Shown here: in pieces, positions 50,971 through 64,000 of the stretch
Layout of the letters: each line of letters begins with the position of its first letter
How positions within the stretch are numbered: the first letter of the stretch is position 1
From: Kondoa subrosea
Taxonomy: Eukaryota
Reading direction: 5' to 3'
Assembly (NCBI GenBank): GCA_039545335.1
Contig: BCIN01000006.1
Location: 1 to 64,000, forward strand
DNA length: 64,000 nt
Position numbers and translations under genes: made by a program
Notes under the pieces: generated by a model
What the model was told of the DNA's origin: nothing
The model's input: only the letters and a program-made list of their open reading frames with translations
Databases searched by the model: none

Positions 50971-53278
50971 CTAAATCTACCCGTATCAATTTTAAGAAGC
51001 GTGCAGTAGGTTTTTGCAAACAACTTACGAGACCGGTGATTTCCAGGTGGTATTTAACCAGAGCTGCAAAGCTTTGATTTAGCCAAGCCTTAAACTGGGG
51101 CATCAAGAGAGCATACTGTCTGTTACCGCAGTGATGACCTTGCTCATTGCAGTTGTATCCCTAATGCATGTTCAGCTTGTACCTCTGTCAACGGAACAGA
51201 TGAGCTTACGTTGCGGATGTAAAACTGCAAGATCGTCAGAACAGATCGACCGCCATACTGTGAAGGCAAGAGACACTGACTGTACATAGATTTGGCGTTC
51301 CTTCTGCATCATTAAAAGCATATCAATACCAAATACACATCGGAACAGATGAAGCTCACGTCTTGTACTAGTCCGGTAAACATTTTTCGGAAGAAGCGAG
51401 CTACTTGATCGAAGTCTTGCGGATCGCCTGTGCTTGGAAAGTGAGACGGATATACAATGGTGTATATAATAGACGAACCGTTGTACTCTGGAAAATACTT
51501 TTGTAACGGTGATTTCGGCAGCTTTTCACGTAACTGAAGATACTACTTTCAGTAGCTTCAGTGGCTGATGTGCGAATGGACTGACCAGATCACACTTGTT
51601 CAAGAAGAGCTACGCCTGTTGTCAGAGACTATCCGGCCGAAATCAAGGCAAACATACTATTTGAGCACTCTTTGCGAACCACTTGCTGTTCACACTACAA
51701 GGTCTTCAGTCAGATGAGGAATGAAGAGCAGAGGGAGGAAGTACATGGCTTCATATACTGCGAGTACGAAGAAACTTTCCCAATGAGCAATATCTCACCG
51801 GGTGCTAGTTCAACTCACCCAGTAAAGCTTCCGCTATTCGTGGATGTTCCGTATCTTCGCGCTTGATCAAATGTTCAGACTAACCCTATCAAATTGAAAA
51901 ATACACATACCAAAGTCATATCATACTCTGCTATACTGACCAAGAACAGCATAACATTGACATCTTGGAAGCCTTTCAACAAAATCAGTTATGGAAATGA
52001 CGCGCTTCGAGAATTCGCACAATGTATCCCTGTGAGAGCAATTCCTCTGCATCAGCAATCATACTGCACGACGCAAAAGGAAACCCACATTTCTTTCGTT
52101 CCGATCTCTGTCCGCCAACGTCTAGAACTCTGAAAGGCATTCCTCCACTATTGCTGCTCATCAGGCAAAATCCTAAGTAAGGGCACAAGGCTTACACATT
52201 CGGGAAGAAGACTTCGACAATTCCGCTACAAGCCATATTTAGTTGGTTTCTTCCTTAGGATAAAGCACGCACGTAGTCTTGATTCTCGCTTTGATGATAT
52301 CCATATCGCTTGGAATATAGCGATATTCTGGAGGATGATCAACGAATCGATCCACGCTGTCGAAGAAGTACGTTGCGCTGTAGAATACATCCAAATGTCC
52401 TCAGCCTTCCATAAGGCTAAGATTGACAGCATGACCTACCTATCATTCAGTTGATACTCATTCGTCCTGCTTATCGCAATCTGAACAGCTTCTTGCTCTT
52501 TCAATACCTTCACAGCGTTCTTGAGTCTTTCGTCAAAGATCGCGCTACCCACATCTCTAGAAAGACTTTGTAGAAGAGTAGCGTATTCTAAAGCTGTTGG
52601 ATCAGTGATTTTCAGCTCCATCCATTCTGCTGCATCGAGAATGGATTGCATGGATTGAATAGTGTTGGTGAAGATGATTTCTTTGTATTCGATCCGTTCG
52701 TGTTCAGGTAGACCTCCGAGATGGATCAGCTGTGCCAGGCACACGCGATCAATTAAGCTCATGAGCTTTAACAATCTTGCGAAGCCGCACCTTCATTTGC
52801 TTCAGTACAGTAGATCTGTACGGACGGAATTCAGTAAGCTCTAGCGAGCGCAATGAATCCATCTACGTACTTTCCAGATTCTCCTACGCTTACCAAATCA
52901 GTATCGTTCGACCGTATCAAGAGGAAGTCAAGACGAACCAGCACCAAGCATGAGCACTATATCTTTAAATGAGTATCTCGCACTTTATCACGGGCTGAAT
53001 GACATTACTCTTGATAACTAGCCGTTCCGTTAAATTCAGCTCATTTTTGACAGCCCTTGTCTAAAAACTCACCTTTTCTTTCTTTCTGACCATCTCTTTT
53101 CAACTCGGCATCCCTGTACGAAGCAAACAGCACTAAGCAAACTTTTCCGCATAAACGTGAGCGGGAATTGGGGGATGTGCACGGACAAGCGTTTAGAGTG
53201 CTTCGAAGGATCTAAAACTGTTGTACTACTGCTCGAATTGCTAGTAGCTATCTGCTCTTTAGAAGGATTGCAGCCCAT
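50971..53278 (-). CDS. Heterotrimeric G-protein alpha subunit (copy 2)
   Basis: MGC N-terminus, VLMLGAG..ESGK, ARIKTT, DVGGQRSERKK, HFTSATDT. Confidence 0.9.
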
Positions 53279-53704
53279 TTGCGCGTTCAGATGATAGTGA
53301 TAGTACGAGAGCAAGAAAGATGAGAGCAGAGCTGTTAAATTTACAGAAGCATGGGTGCGCGCGCACTCAGAGAACAAAGCTCGGAATGCAATGGCTTTGA
53401 GCCCGAGATGAGAGATATGAGACAGATGAGACGTAAAGAAGCATCGATGCAACAATGACTGTACTGTACAGAGCAGACCGGCAAGCGAGAGGTTTCATCG
53501 AGGAAAGCATTTCCACATCGAACAAGGCGAATCTGGCTTGCTTCGTCTTCTTCATGATCAATTCTAGTTGTTATGATGTGATAGCGCTGTGCCCATCAAC
53601 CGACGTAGCTGGGTTTCAACGCGTGTAGGCAAGAAAAGCATCATTGTTTTGGTCCAACCTCTCTTTTACTCTGATAGCGATTCACGAGCTATTTCCTGAC
53701 TGAC

Positions 53705-54869
53705 ATGGCTATGAAGCGCAGAGTATCCCCATCTGCCATACCATCCCCAAACAAGATCGCTCGCCTGTCCAATTCCAGCGCTGCAGAACGAATCAAGATC
53801 GTTAGCTGGAATATCGAGACTCCATTACCTTATCTTTCTCTGCAACCTACTGTAGCTTCTTATTTCTCTTCTCCTGCTTCTTCTTCTTCTTCATCTTCTC
53901 CAATAACTTTTTCTTCTTCTTCTTCGAGTAAGAGATCGATACGAGATATACGTATGTTCTATCTTGCTCTGCTTCTCTCTCTGACCCGCTGAAATTTGTT
54001 TAGTGAAGAAGCACAACTTTCCTCACTTCCTATGCCTTCAAGAAATCCGCGCTCGTGCGAAAGATAAAGATTGGCTGGCCGCTTTAAGAAACGTTAATCA
54101 AGCGGATCCGAAATACAATGTACATTTCTCTCTTTGCGCCAACGAAAAGGGTAGTAGAAGGTTCGGTGTAGCTACTTATATACGGCAAGATGTTAGTGTC
54201 AGAAAGGTTAGAGAAGTAGATTGGGATAAAGAAGGTCGAGTCTTAATCGTTGAGATGAAAGGCTGGTGTCTGATCAATGTACGTTCTGTTCCTCACAGAA
54301 GATATTCAAGCTCATTTTAGAGCAGGTTTATGCTTTAAACGGAAGTGAATATGATTGGCGGAATGAGAAGAATCAAGTTCAAGGTACTCGAAATGAACGC
54401 AAACGGGAATTCAACCGTCTGCTTGCAGAAGAAGTGCTTCGGATCAAAGCGAATGGAATGAAAGTGGTTCTAATAGGTACTTTTCCCTTTCTATTGAGAT
54501 CGCTTCAAGTTAATGGACTTTGTTTCAGGCGATTTCAACATTTCTCTTGCAGCAATAGATTGTCATCCTCGTTTGCGGACAGAAGCACCTCATACATTAG
54601 CAAGAAAAGAATTCAATCAAACTTTTGTCCCTAAGGCTGGTGTAGTCGATATCTTCAGACATCTTTACCCCGACAAGAAATCGTATTCTTGGTTCAGTAA
54701 GACTAAACCTGATCGATCTGATGCTGCTCGAGTCGACTATGCATTGGTGGGTCAAGATCTCGTCGATAGAGTCGAGCGAATCGAGTATCTGGAAAGCATA
54801 GAAGACAGGGAGAGTTCCGATCATTGTCCTCTTGTCCTGGAATTGGGTCGCGAAGGACTATCTACCTGA
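53705..54869 (+). CDS. Exonuclease III / AP endonuclease-like EEP family protein
   Basis: KIVSWNI, LCLQEIR, GVATY, EGRVL, VYALNG, GDFNI, DIFRHLYP..YSW, RVDY, SDHCP. Confidence 0.92.
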
Positions 54870-55148
54870 ATAACAATAATAATATGCACTAATGTAAACC
54901 TATGTATGATAACTGAACAAATGTATAATATTAATGGCTGCACTAATTGATACTGATCAAATGCTTGAATTGTGCCTATGCCTTGTTGCGATGTGTTATG
55001 ATGCTGATGTGATGTGAACGATATGCGATGACTGAGAAGTGCAAAGAACGACTATGCTGCAGTACCACATCAGCCAATTCCCTGTTTTTGGAGAAGTGAA
55101 CCAACTATTTATGCTTGACAGGCGATCTGCAGCTCTAAGCGCACAGTC

Positions 55149-56621
55149 TTATTCGCTATCAAAATCCACCGGATCTGTACGCGAGACGCCAAATGGGCAA
55201 TCATTCGTGCACTTGTGAATGTCATACCTAAACGTAGCCCTTGATAAGGTGCGCATGCCATCTGCAAGCTATCGAGAGATTTAACACCCTCCATGAAAGT
55301 GAAGAAAGGAGATGCTTACCAGACTGGACGACGCTTCTTTTCTGAATATGCCTTGAATTCAATCACTCCAGGAAGCTTGAGCAAATGGGGATCAGTAATA
55401 GCGAAAGCGAGCCATGAGTAATATAGTTCAGCTCCTTCTTGAATGATCGGATCTGCGGATGTTTGCAAAACATCGATGCGTTCATAAAGCTGCAAAGCTC
55501 GGGTACGGCTTTCAGACAGATATCAGCTATCACCTTGTACCGTCCAAGAAAATAACATACCAGTATTGATCTTTCACAGAGTCTGACATAACAGCATATT
55601 GCTCCTTGAACTCAACATCTCCGCCTTCCATTTCCAATTCCTTGTCCAACCTTTCTCGAAGCGATGTAGCATACCCAGCAATATCATTCATCTCAACCGC
55701 CAGATCATCAATCGTCTCCTTCTCGTCTTCTTCAATCTGTCTCGAAGCCTCTTGTTCCATCAATTCCTCTTCGTACTCTTTCATTTGGCGAGCAGCTTCT
55801 TCCATAACAGCTTGATAAAGAAGATGCTCTTCCGTCACTTCTTCATCATCGTTCCAATGTTTCGGCGTGACAGTGTCTGCTTCTGTGCGAAGACTGGAAG
55901 TAGATGAGATACAGGAGCTAGGCAATGTGAAAGATCCTACTTGTGCTCAGGTTCAGCATGATCCTCCGGAGTATGATCCTTTTCGTACTCCTCCAGTTTT
56001 GTTGAGCTGGCAACGCAGAGGAAGATGGGGTTGATCCAGTCCACGAAACAGAAGGATCACCTACCTTTCCTGCAATTCGGCTTCACCTTCTGGCAGCACA
56101 AGTGGAGGAAAATGCATTGGAAAAGGGAAAGGAGCAGGAGCAAGGAAAGGATCAAGGGAAAAGCGCGGTACTACATCCAGTCCGAAATAATTCAAAGGTC
56201 CAATGTCAAATGGCCAAGTCGCAGCGACCTCTTCAATCCCTTTCTTGTTGACAATGTCTTGCAATTCTACCATCAGAGCTGTTCCATCTCTGTAAGACAT
56301 AGTCTCCAGAAGCTGACGCATTTGATGTACTGTATGCTTGTGATCAGAGGGAGTACTTGAGGATGAAGCTGAAAGCTGAAGCGTCTTTGCCTGATTATCT
56401 GAAGGAGGTAGTGGATCTGGCTCATACGGATTACCGAATATTCTTCCGAAAAATGAATCTTGGGCTAGTCTTATGAATTCATTTTCGATTTCTATTGACT
56501 TGAAGTCTTGTGCAGTACCAGTGGATAGATATTTGCGCTTATCAAGTTCACGAATATGCCATCGTTGCTCTATTGCCTGAACTTGGGCGTCCTGAAGGAA
56601 AGTTGCGGTCTCTAGACGCAT
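55149..56621 (-). CDS. Hypothetical protein, multi-exon
   Basis: Long same-strand ORFs (56621-56061, 55925-55530) joined by plausible introns. No recognisable family. Confidence 0.5.
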
Positions 56622-57299
56622 CTTGGTTGTAGTACAACTGACTTGAGTTGAATGAGAGCGGCAAGAAGGTGCAGTTGAGCTCGTCAGGCTGCTACATAGG
56701 CAGAATACTTGTGATCAGGATGGGTGTTGAGGCAAATGAGTTGTCACCTACTCGGTAAACAAAAGAGGGTACTCTACTGGCGCGTAAGGAACCCGAGAAG
56801 CGGAGTAGTAGAAGCACGACAGCCAGACAAGAAGTATTGGCTTGTAATTCGACGCGAATCGAGCCAACACTGGGGGACAAGATCGAGCTGCTTTCTATGA
56901 ACGGGCTGCCAATGGCAAGCGCAGGCCTTGCACCCGGTAGCCTTGTAGGTGTATCTGATAGCGTTGTATACGTGGGTATGTGAAGGACGATGAAGGCAAG
57001 GTGGAAGTTTGGGACAAGCACAAGAGCGCGAAAATGGGTCCAAAATGGTGACGATGTCTCTCAGCCTAACACTCAGCAAGAGATATCTAAATTATGGATG
57101 CTCTGATCGACCTCAAAAGAGAAGCGCTGGAAATGTCGGTATTTGAAAGTTAATAGGACAAGAAAGCTGAATCTGGCAAGATACCTCATGAAGCGCGACG
57201 AAGATGAAATATCGAGCCCAGGCGCGCAACGAGCTACAATCGTATGTCAGCCATTAGTGCTGGACTTCAAAGACGTACGATGGCATCACGAATGCTGCT

Positions 57300-57800
57300 G
57301 GCTGTCCTTAAAGCTGGAATAATGGAATTGGACTTTATAACGAATTTCATGAGCATATCTCGAATTTGCCGTTCACTATCTCTGGGCTGTCATTTGATGT
57401 TGAGACAATAAGCGTTAGGCTTATGTGAACAACTTCCACTGACCTGATCTCCGACTGGAACCTGAGATCAAGAAGAAATGGGCAGCATCAGAAATGTAAT
57501 CTGAATATGCCACATCCTTGATCACCTTTGTCAGACCCGGAAGATCAACCATCGTGAGCATAAGAATTTTCGGACTGAATATTCGGAGATCGATAGGTAA
57601 AGGTGAAATGCTTAGATACATGTAATGATTACGAATTCTGTACAGTCGTAGAATTGCTATCCGGGCTGTCATACCAAAGAATGTAGATCAGGGACAGCTG
57701 AATGAGCCCGCTTCGGCCTGACCATGTGTAGAGAATCTGCCCATTCATCTTGATTTGGTCCCTTGCCGAAAGCAGTAGGTTGCATTTGCTCTGTTCTTTG
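57300..57800 (-). pseudogene. Dynamin-family (Vps1/Dnm1-like) gene fragment
   Basis: ISPLPIDLRIFSPKILMLTMVDLPGLTK|VPVGDQ|PRDSERQIRDMLMKF, plus degraded NQDEWADSLH. No P-loop, middle domain or GED nearby. Confidence 0.75.
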
Positions 57801-57831
57801 CAGCGACAAGGAGTGCTGTGCATAATTGTGA

Positions 57832-57910
57832 CAACAAGCAAGCTCGTTCGTTTCTCCTCCGCCAGAATCCCCAACAAGCAAGCCGTTCGTTTCTCCTCCG
57901 CCAGAATCCC
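57832..57910. repeat. About 40-bp tandem duplication
   Basis: CAACAAGCAAGC(T)CGTTCGTTTCTCCTCCGCCAGAATCCC twice, with a 1-nt indel. Confidence 0.85.
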
Positions 57911-58592
57911 AGCTGGCTAGAAGCGGCAGTCCTTAAAATGATCAATTTGCATAATCAAAGCTCTTGTAAAGGATTCCACCCGCTCCATCCGATGAGATGA
58001 GAAGCGAGGCAGTGTCGGGAGCGCGATGCGCAATGCTAGCTGGACAGGGTGAAATATTCGGAGTGCTGCTCGAGACCGCAGACATCGATATCATATCAAA
58101 TCGCTCTCAAAGACCGAAATTAAGCGTTGTTGAAAGCACTTCGTTTGCCAGCCATTCAGGACATATGAGATAGCATGACTAAAGGGAAGGCAGAGCATTT
58201 TCCTGCCAAAAAGTCTCCGAGCAAGTTTCGCGATAGCATCAACGCGTTGTTTGCAGCCTTGCGTTGGTATATCGGACGAGCTGGATATATAGAGCCCTCT
58301 GGTATTTGCTCCTTCATACTACACTTGCTGAACATGGTTCGGGTCAAGAAGCGAATTCGAAATTGAGAGGTTGCTTCGAGCCGCCATCCATCCGCTGCCC
58401 TCCTCCAAGCAAGCACTGATTCAGGATATTTGACGATATATCTCTGATTGGTTGCTGGTCTTTCGGGCCCCGAGTATGTCAGATCCGTCTTGGTGTCGCC
58501 AAAGTTGATGTCTTGCATTGGGACTGTAGCCTGCTGTTTCCTCTTTCCTTTTTCTCATTCTTTCATCTCCTACTCTTTCAGCTATCTAAGCT

Positions 58593-59675
58593 ATGAGCGG
58601 CTCCTCGAAACCAGCTCTTAAGCAACTTCCAGCCAATGTTGTGCAAGAAGCTATCAAACAGGCTCATGTAGCAAGCGAGGCAGTACAACGGCAAGATTGG
58701 GGAACGATGATGCGGGCTCTAGGAATGGATCCCATAGGAATCAGCTTAGACGAAAAGCAATTCGAAGTCTACGTCAACTTAATCAACAGGCGTTTCGTCC
58801 TATTATCAGCCAAAGGCTTCTTGCGGTGGATTCAATCTTGTGGAGAGAAATCGTATTTGGGCAAAGGAGGAAACGACGATCTATTGACCACGAACACCTC
58901 AAGAGCTCTTTTGGCAACCAAGATGTTCACCGACTGTAGTCCAGGCTTTTTGCGTTATGCTTCTACAGAAGTTACCGTCGAATTCGTCGACGCCTTCTTA
59001 GATATCGCTCTCGTTCTTGCTCCTACAATTCTCGAGCCGTCGCATTACAAGGGAATCACTGGTCGTTCTCCACTTGCACCTTTCGAAAGCATCTTGATGT
59101 CTATCAACGTCATTCTTTGCATTCGACCAGATGTTTGCGATAAAGGTTTACCTCTGGTCACAATGAAGCGAGGAAGTAGTTACGCTTCCGGCAATATCAT
59201 GAAATTGATGAATATAATCAAATCAACCTTTTCTGTGGACTCTGCAGCATCTGCGTTGAATATTGCAAAGGTTTTGGGCATCATTGATGAGAACGGAGAT
59301 GCGCTGTCTGAAGAAGAACGCCAGCAAACACCAGCTTCAGAGCGCATCGAGAAGATTCTTACAAAAGAGGTCTTACAATACTACAACATCAGTCAAGTCG
59401 ACGTCTGTGTCAAATGTGCACGATATCAACACGCTCGCGATCAAGATAGACAAAAGACTTTTCCAATTTGCGCTCGTTGTAGAGTAGCAACTTATTGCGT
59501 GCGTCTTAATTTCAGCTCCTGCGGTTTCTGCCCACCCTGATTTGTCTTCTGTAGTCAGCTGATTGTCAAGCAGCGGGTCAGCTCTATCGTTTTCATATTG
59601 TCTCGTCATGCTGAATCAAAATCAGACTGGAAAGCAGGTCATAAAGCCATATGTAAACCTGTCAAGCTGGATTGA
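58593..59675 (+). CDS. MYND-type zinc finger protein
   Basis: CVKC...ICARCRVATYC|..DCQ..|DWKAGHKAIC at the C-terminus. Confidence 0.85.
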
Positions 59676-61492
59676 AGACATTTGGGTCATTGTATATTTT
59701 GGATGTTTGAGATAATGTGAGTGTATATCTATGAATGGATGTATATGAACTGATAACATTTGGTACAGGTACATTTGAAGTTGTACATAAAGGTTATCGG
59801 CTGTCAAGGAACAGTCTCATTGCATACTGAATCGCTCGCTTGTTTCCGGAATTCAAACAAGGACAGCACAGCCATGGCCTAAGTTCTGATGCAGAAATAG
59901 ACCGTATGCATCTTGCAAAGAGACAACAATATCCAATCATGTAGATATAAGTATGAGAAACTAATAAGTATAATGACAATGCTCATTTCGCCGGTAAAAC
60001 AACGAAAGGGAATCCAGAGATCTGATGAAGCAGCTTCTCAGGAATATACAGGCAAAATACAGCAAAGACTAAGTCGTTCACTTTGCTTGCCTTGCTTGCA
60101 GCTATCGCTTGTTTTAATTCGTGCATCCAAGCAGGAAGCTGTTTGCTCGAAAGTGGCTCTTCGCCGCCAACCATACGCTCCGAATTAAGGCTGACGAAGA
60201 GTATAAGCACATGTGTAAGTATGAAGCTATTGGTGCTGCTGACGGTTATTTCCGGTGAGAGATGACCAGAACGGATGGAAGTTTCTGAAATATAATGCTC
60301 CTCTGCAGCTTCGTTCATATCCTCGTCTTCATCAGAATCATATTCGAGCAGTTCTAGCATCCAAGCAGGTTTCTGAGACAAATCGATGTCTTTGCAGTGT
60401 GCAGCAGCGTTAATACTGCGCTAAAAGTTGGTATGCAAATAAAGGCTGACTGCGTGTGGAAACATACTATAATTGGGCTTTGTCCTCTTCGGTAAAAGCG
60501 AGGAATTTACGCTTGGTTTCTTCCGACACATAATCGAGGACGCTCTTTCTGGAGTAATTCAATTGAGCGATAGTTAAAGATGCAGGCGATTGAGCTTACT
60601 TTTGTTTAGACTGAGCAGTTGATCGAGTGGGGATGGGAGACCGGATCTCGTCGGGTGGACTATGAATTGCATGTGCATGTAGACTACCTGAGGTATCAGT
60701 GTAGCGGCACATCAAATGCTCAGGAAGCCCACTGCATTGAGTCAATCTCGTCTGCACTCAATTCTGGCTGCGGCCAATCGAGTACTTCGCTGGAAAGCGA
60801 TCGATTCTGAGCTGCAGTGGTTCCAGGTTTGGAGAGAAAGATGCCTTGAAGCTGACGGGTCAGATCAGAAATATGAGTAGTGTGTAGGGTTTGGGCCGCG
60901 CTTTGGGAAGCTAAGATGAAGAAGTTCAAGAGGTCGGCTACGGACGAAGCGCTTATGAAAACACAACAAACGGATGGATCCTTGAGTGCGGCCGAGATGA
61001 GTTGCGGTCGAGTATCCACCATAATCCACAGCAAAATCTAAGCCGTCCCCATTCAGCACATTCCTTGATTTGCCTAGTGACTTAGCTTACCATCGACAGA
61101 CGCGCCGTGCTTAGCAGGGAAAGCCTATACAGATTATTGTTAGAACATGGTCAGCGAGCGAGAGCGCGAGAGATATACCTTGGGGTAGTGAGCCTCCTCG
61201 TAAGAATTGGAAAAATCGGGCATAGTAAAGAAGGGTTATGGAGCACCGAACCAGATCTCGAAGCACGGATCAACCACTAAATGTTCTAGAGCTGATCAAC
61301 ACTTGTGATTGAGAGAATCAGAAGAAACGCACGTACAAAGTGGCTCTCAGGTTACCTATTTGAGTGCTTCGCGAATGAACAATAATGACAGGCAGATTCA
61401 GAGGTATATGATCAATATGAAGCTGAAGATCCTGTCTATAGCATCAGCTTGAAGAGGAGCTTGAGAAGAGTGAGATTCGCGGCTTACAAACA

Positions 61493-61532
61493 GATTATTA
61501 TCGTATTTGTATGATTATTATCGTATTTGTAT
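61493..61532. repeat. Perfect 20-bp tandem duplication
   Basis: GATTATTATCGTATTTGTAT twice. Confidence 0.9.
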
Positions 61533-64000
61533 AACTCGAGCGGAGGCTCACGAGACGATACAGATACCTGGAGGGCTGGAGGCTGCGTATAAGTTGATCA
61601 ATAGGTATAGCAGCCCAGCTGACTATGAGCGAAGTTGCCAGACAAGAGAGTACAGCCACAAGGAGCCTGAGCCCAGACCAGCAAGCGTAGGCTGGCCAGA
61701 GGGCTTCGAAAGACTGATGTATGAGCTTGCAGTGGATCGAGGTGAACTCGCGGACAAGAAACGACTGAAGTGACGGATTGCGGACAAAAAAAGCTGAGAC
61801 TCAAAAATCGCAAGGTCTCGGTGAATGACTCTCGCAATTTAGGCTTAGAATATACATTGTGGTAAATGCTAGACAGACGAAAAGCTAATGTCCTCGTGTG
61901 GGAGGCCAATATCTTTTGGACATTCAGCTGCAGGCTTTCCAGGACTTACCTCGATAACATGTGCCTTAGCGCTATGAATTGGCGTACTACAAGAAGCGTT
62001 ATTGTGGTAGAAGCGGAGGTCAGATAACTTGAATGTCAGGCTGACTCATTGGCGTCAATAGCCAATTGCAGCCGAAAGCCAATGGTCAGACGGATAAGTG
62101 CACAACTCGCTAAAGTAGATGCAATGGAAGAGGCCAGAGTGCATAAGATGGACCTGTGATCTGTTTCATGTGATATCAGTAGTATCACTGACATGACAGA
62201 ACAAAAGCATACCGAGAAGATCTCGATTGAGAAAAATATTGAACAGAAATAGGCGAGTCGAACGATGGCGAATTATAGAATCCTAAAGGAAAAGAAGAAG
62301 TCACCTGCGCCGTAGGTCACAGAAGACATCCAGATCAGTTTTAAAAATGGGCTAGGGGGTATATACTACCACTGTTCAAGTACCAGAAGATACTTGAACA
62401 GAGTAGCTTGAATGAGAGCAAATAGAGCTCTTCACTAGAAAGAGTCTGAAAAGCTTGGGTATAAACCTCTCTCTAGCCGGCTGTTCCAGAACTCGTCCGA
62501 AAGGACTCGTCCGGGACACTCCAAAGACTAGAGATGACGAATGCTGGGTAATGAGATGATGGGTATGTGAGAACAAGAAGAGAACAAGCAGAACCAGCCG
62601 TTTTGTTCTGTCTGAATCAAAACAATGGTTTCGGAACCGGTCTTTTTCCTTAGCGAACTTTTCTTCAATTTTTCTTGAAGGCTGGCAATGAGAAGGCTTG
62701 ATGTATTGAGGCACATATAACACACGTGTGCGAAAGTTGCGTCCACGGATACGGAAACAACCGCGAGAGAAAGCTTTGGCGGATTTGGCTGAACCAAAAA
62801 TTGTTCAGAGCAGCATGCTCTGGATTGCAAATGATCGCAATCATATTATAGCCTAGGAGTACTCCAGATGACGATAACGACGCGCATGTATATGCGGTTG
62901 TCGAGTTGTATGAGTTGAGTCGAGCAGACAGTTCTTTGCAGAGTTGCAGCAACACCAGATTCACAATGAAAGAAGCCGCTGAGAAACAATAATTCAGATG
63001 AAAGACGGACAGGACACTTGAGAGATAGTCTAGCGTCAAAATGGCTTCGACCCAATCGCGTCAAGTGAGCGTATTTCAGTGAAGCCGGTAGGTCTACTGG
63101 CTTGAGTATTGTTGAAGACACATCATGAACCAGGCTCTTGACCAAATCACAGCAGGAAACCTCAGCACAAAGCGATTCGTTCACACATTAGGCCTTGTTG
63201 TGCCTGCATTCTGCCTCGTCTTGCTCTGATTGCGTGTCATAGATATGTCTGAGTGAGTATCAAGGCTTCACGGTACCTGAAAGGCTTCATTGTCAGCTTG
63301 ACTTTCGGCGTTCCGATCCAAGAGAGTATCAGGATCTGTGCTCCGCGGAACAAAGATCTTATCGGGGTGGCCACAGGGCTAGCTTAGGAGGAAAACATGA
63401 CTACATGATCAATACGAGTGTCCTAGTGCTGAAATTTACAAGAAAACGAATGCAAGAGTTAAAGCGCTCAAACTGTCCTTGAGCCGAAGCAACGACACTA
63501 TGCTGGTCGTCTCGTCATTTGCAATTAGACCCATGCATTACCATATCGAGCTTCATTTGAGTGCAGTGGTAGACGAAGTCTGTAGTTGAAAGAGGAAAAA
63601 AATCGCGATACACAGGGTCACCTGCAGGATGAAAGAGTTGAACCGCACAGCTGAAGCACTCAGTCAGTTGATTGATTGAGAGTGTAATGAGTATATCAAA
63701 AATGGATGAACAGGTATATCGAGATCCTGATAGACATGGGAAGATTGAGAGATGAGGTGGTTGAGTAGAAGGTAGGTAATCGTTGAAGCGAAAGTGGTGT
63801 TGCGATAGGTTTTGCGAATAGCTGAATATTCCAGAATGAGAGGTAAGGGAAGCTTGGCGATTGGGAGATGAGAACGACGTTTTCAAAGGCTCGCTGATTC
63901 TTGATGAGAAATTATACCTAGGTGTGAGCAATAATCACATCAGAAGGGGAAAAGGAACGAACCTTCCGGATGAGGTTGAGGCGACCAGCTATTGAATTCC

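Noticed and set aside
57385..57400. In-frame TGA in the dynamin fragment
   Set aside because: It is part of the intron acceptor (TGACAG), not a nonsense mutation.
1..64000. Telomerase RNA template or TERT within the window
   Set aside because: I saw no internal copy of the repeat longer than about 8 nt and no reverse transcriptase motifs, although this was a by-eye scan.

Overview
Eukaryotic, intron-rich fungal DNA, probably a basidiomycete (inferred from protein content and short GT-AG introns). The window appears to start at a chromosome end. Bases 1-80 are an unusual mixed 10-mer array (TAACTCTTCA/TAACTCTCGC) joined directly to a Ty1/copia element cut just after its protease motif. A roughly 6 kb subtelomeric zone of transposon remnants follows. 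Housekeeping genes recognised: MIA40, a Ubc7-class E2, a Cbf1-like bHLH factor, an Hda1/Clr3 deacetylase, guanine deaminase, SMC4, CGR1, an ammonium transporter, CDS1, two tandem G-alpha genes, an ExoIII-like nuclease and a MYND protein. The main hidden signal, largely missed by the ORF track because introns split the motifs, is four DUF262-like genes (ParB/Srx fold, GmrSD N-terminal type). One is subtelomeric at 7.5-9.9 kb and three are head-to-tail at 37.4-45.5 kb. Two of the three are divergent and carry a C-terminal CCCH zinc finger that only appears after splicing. All exon boundaries were inferred by eye, so gene coordinates are approximate spans. No database searches were run.
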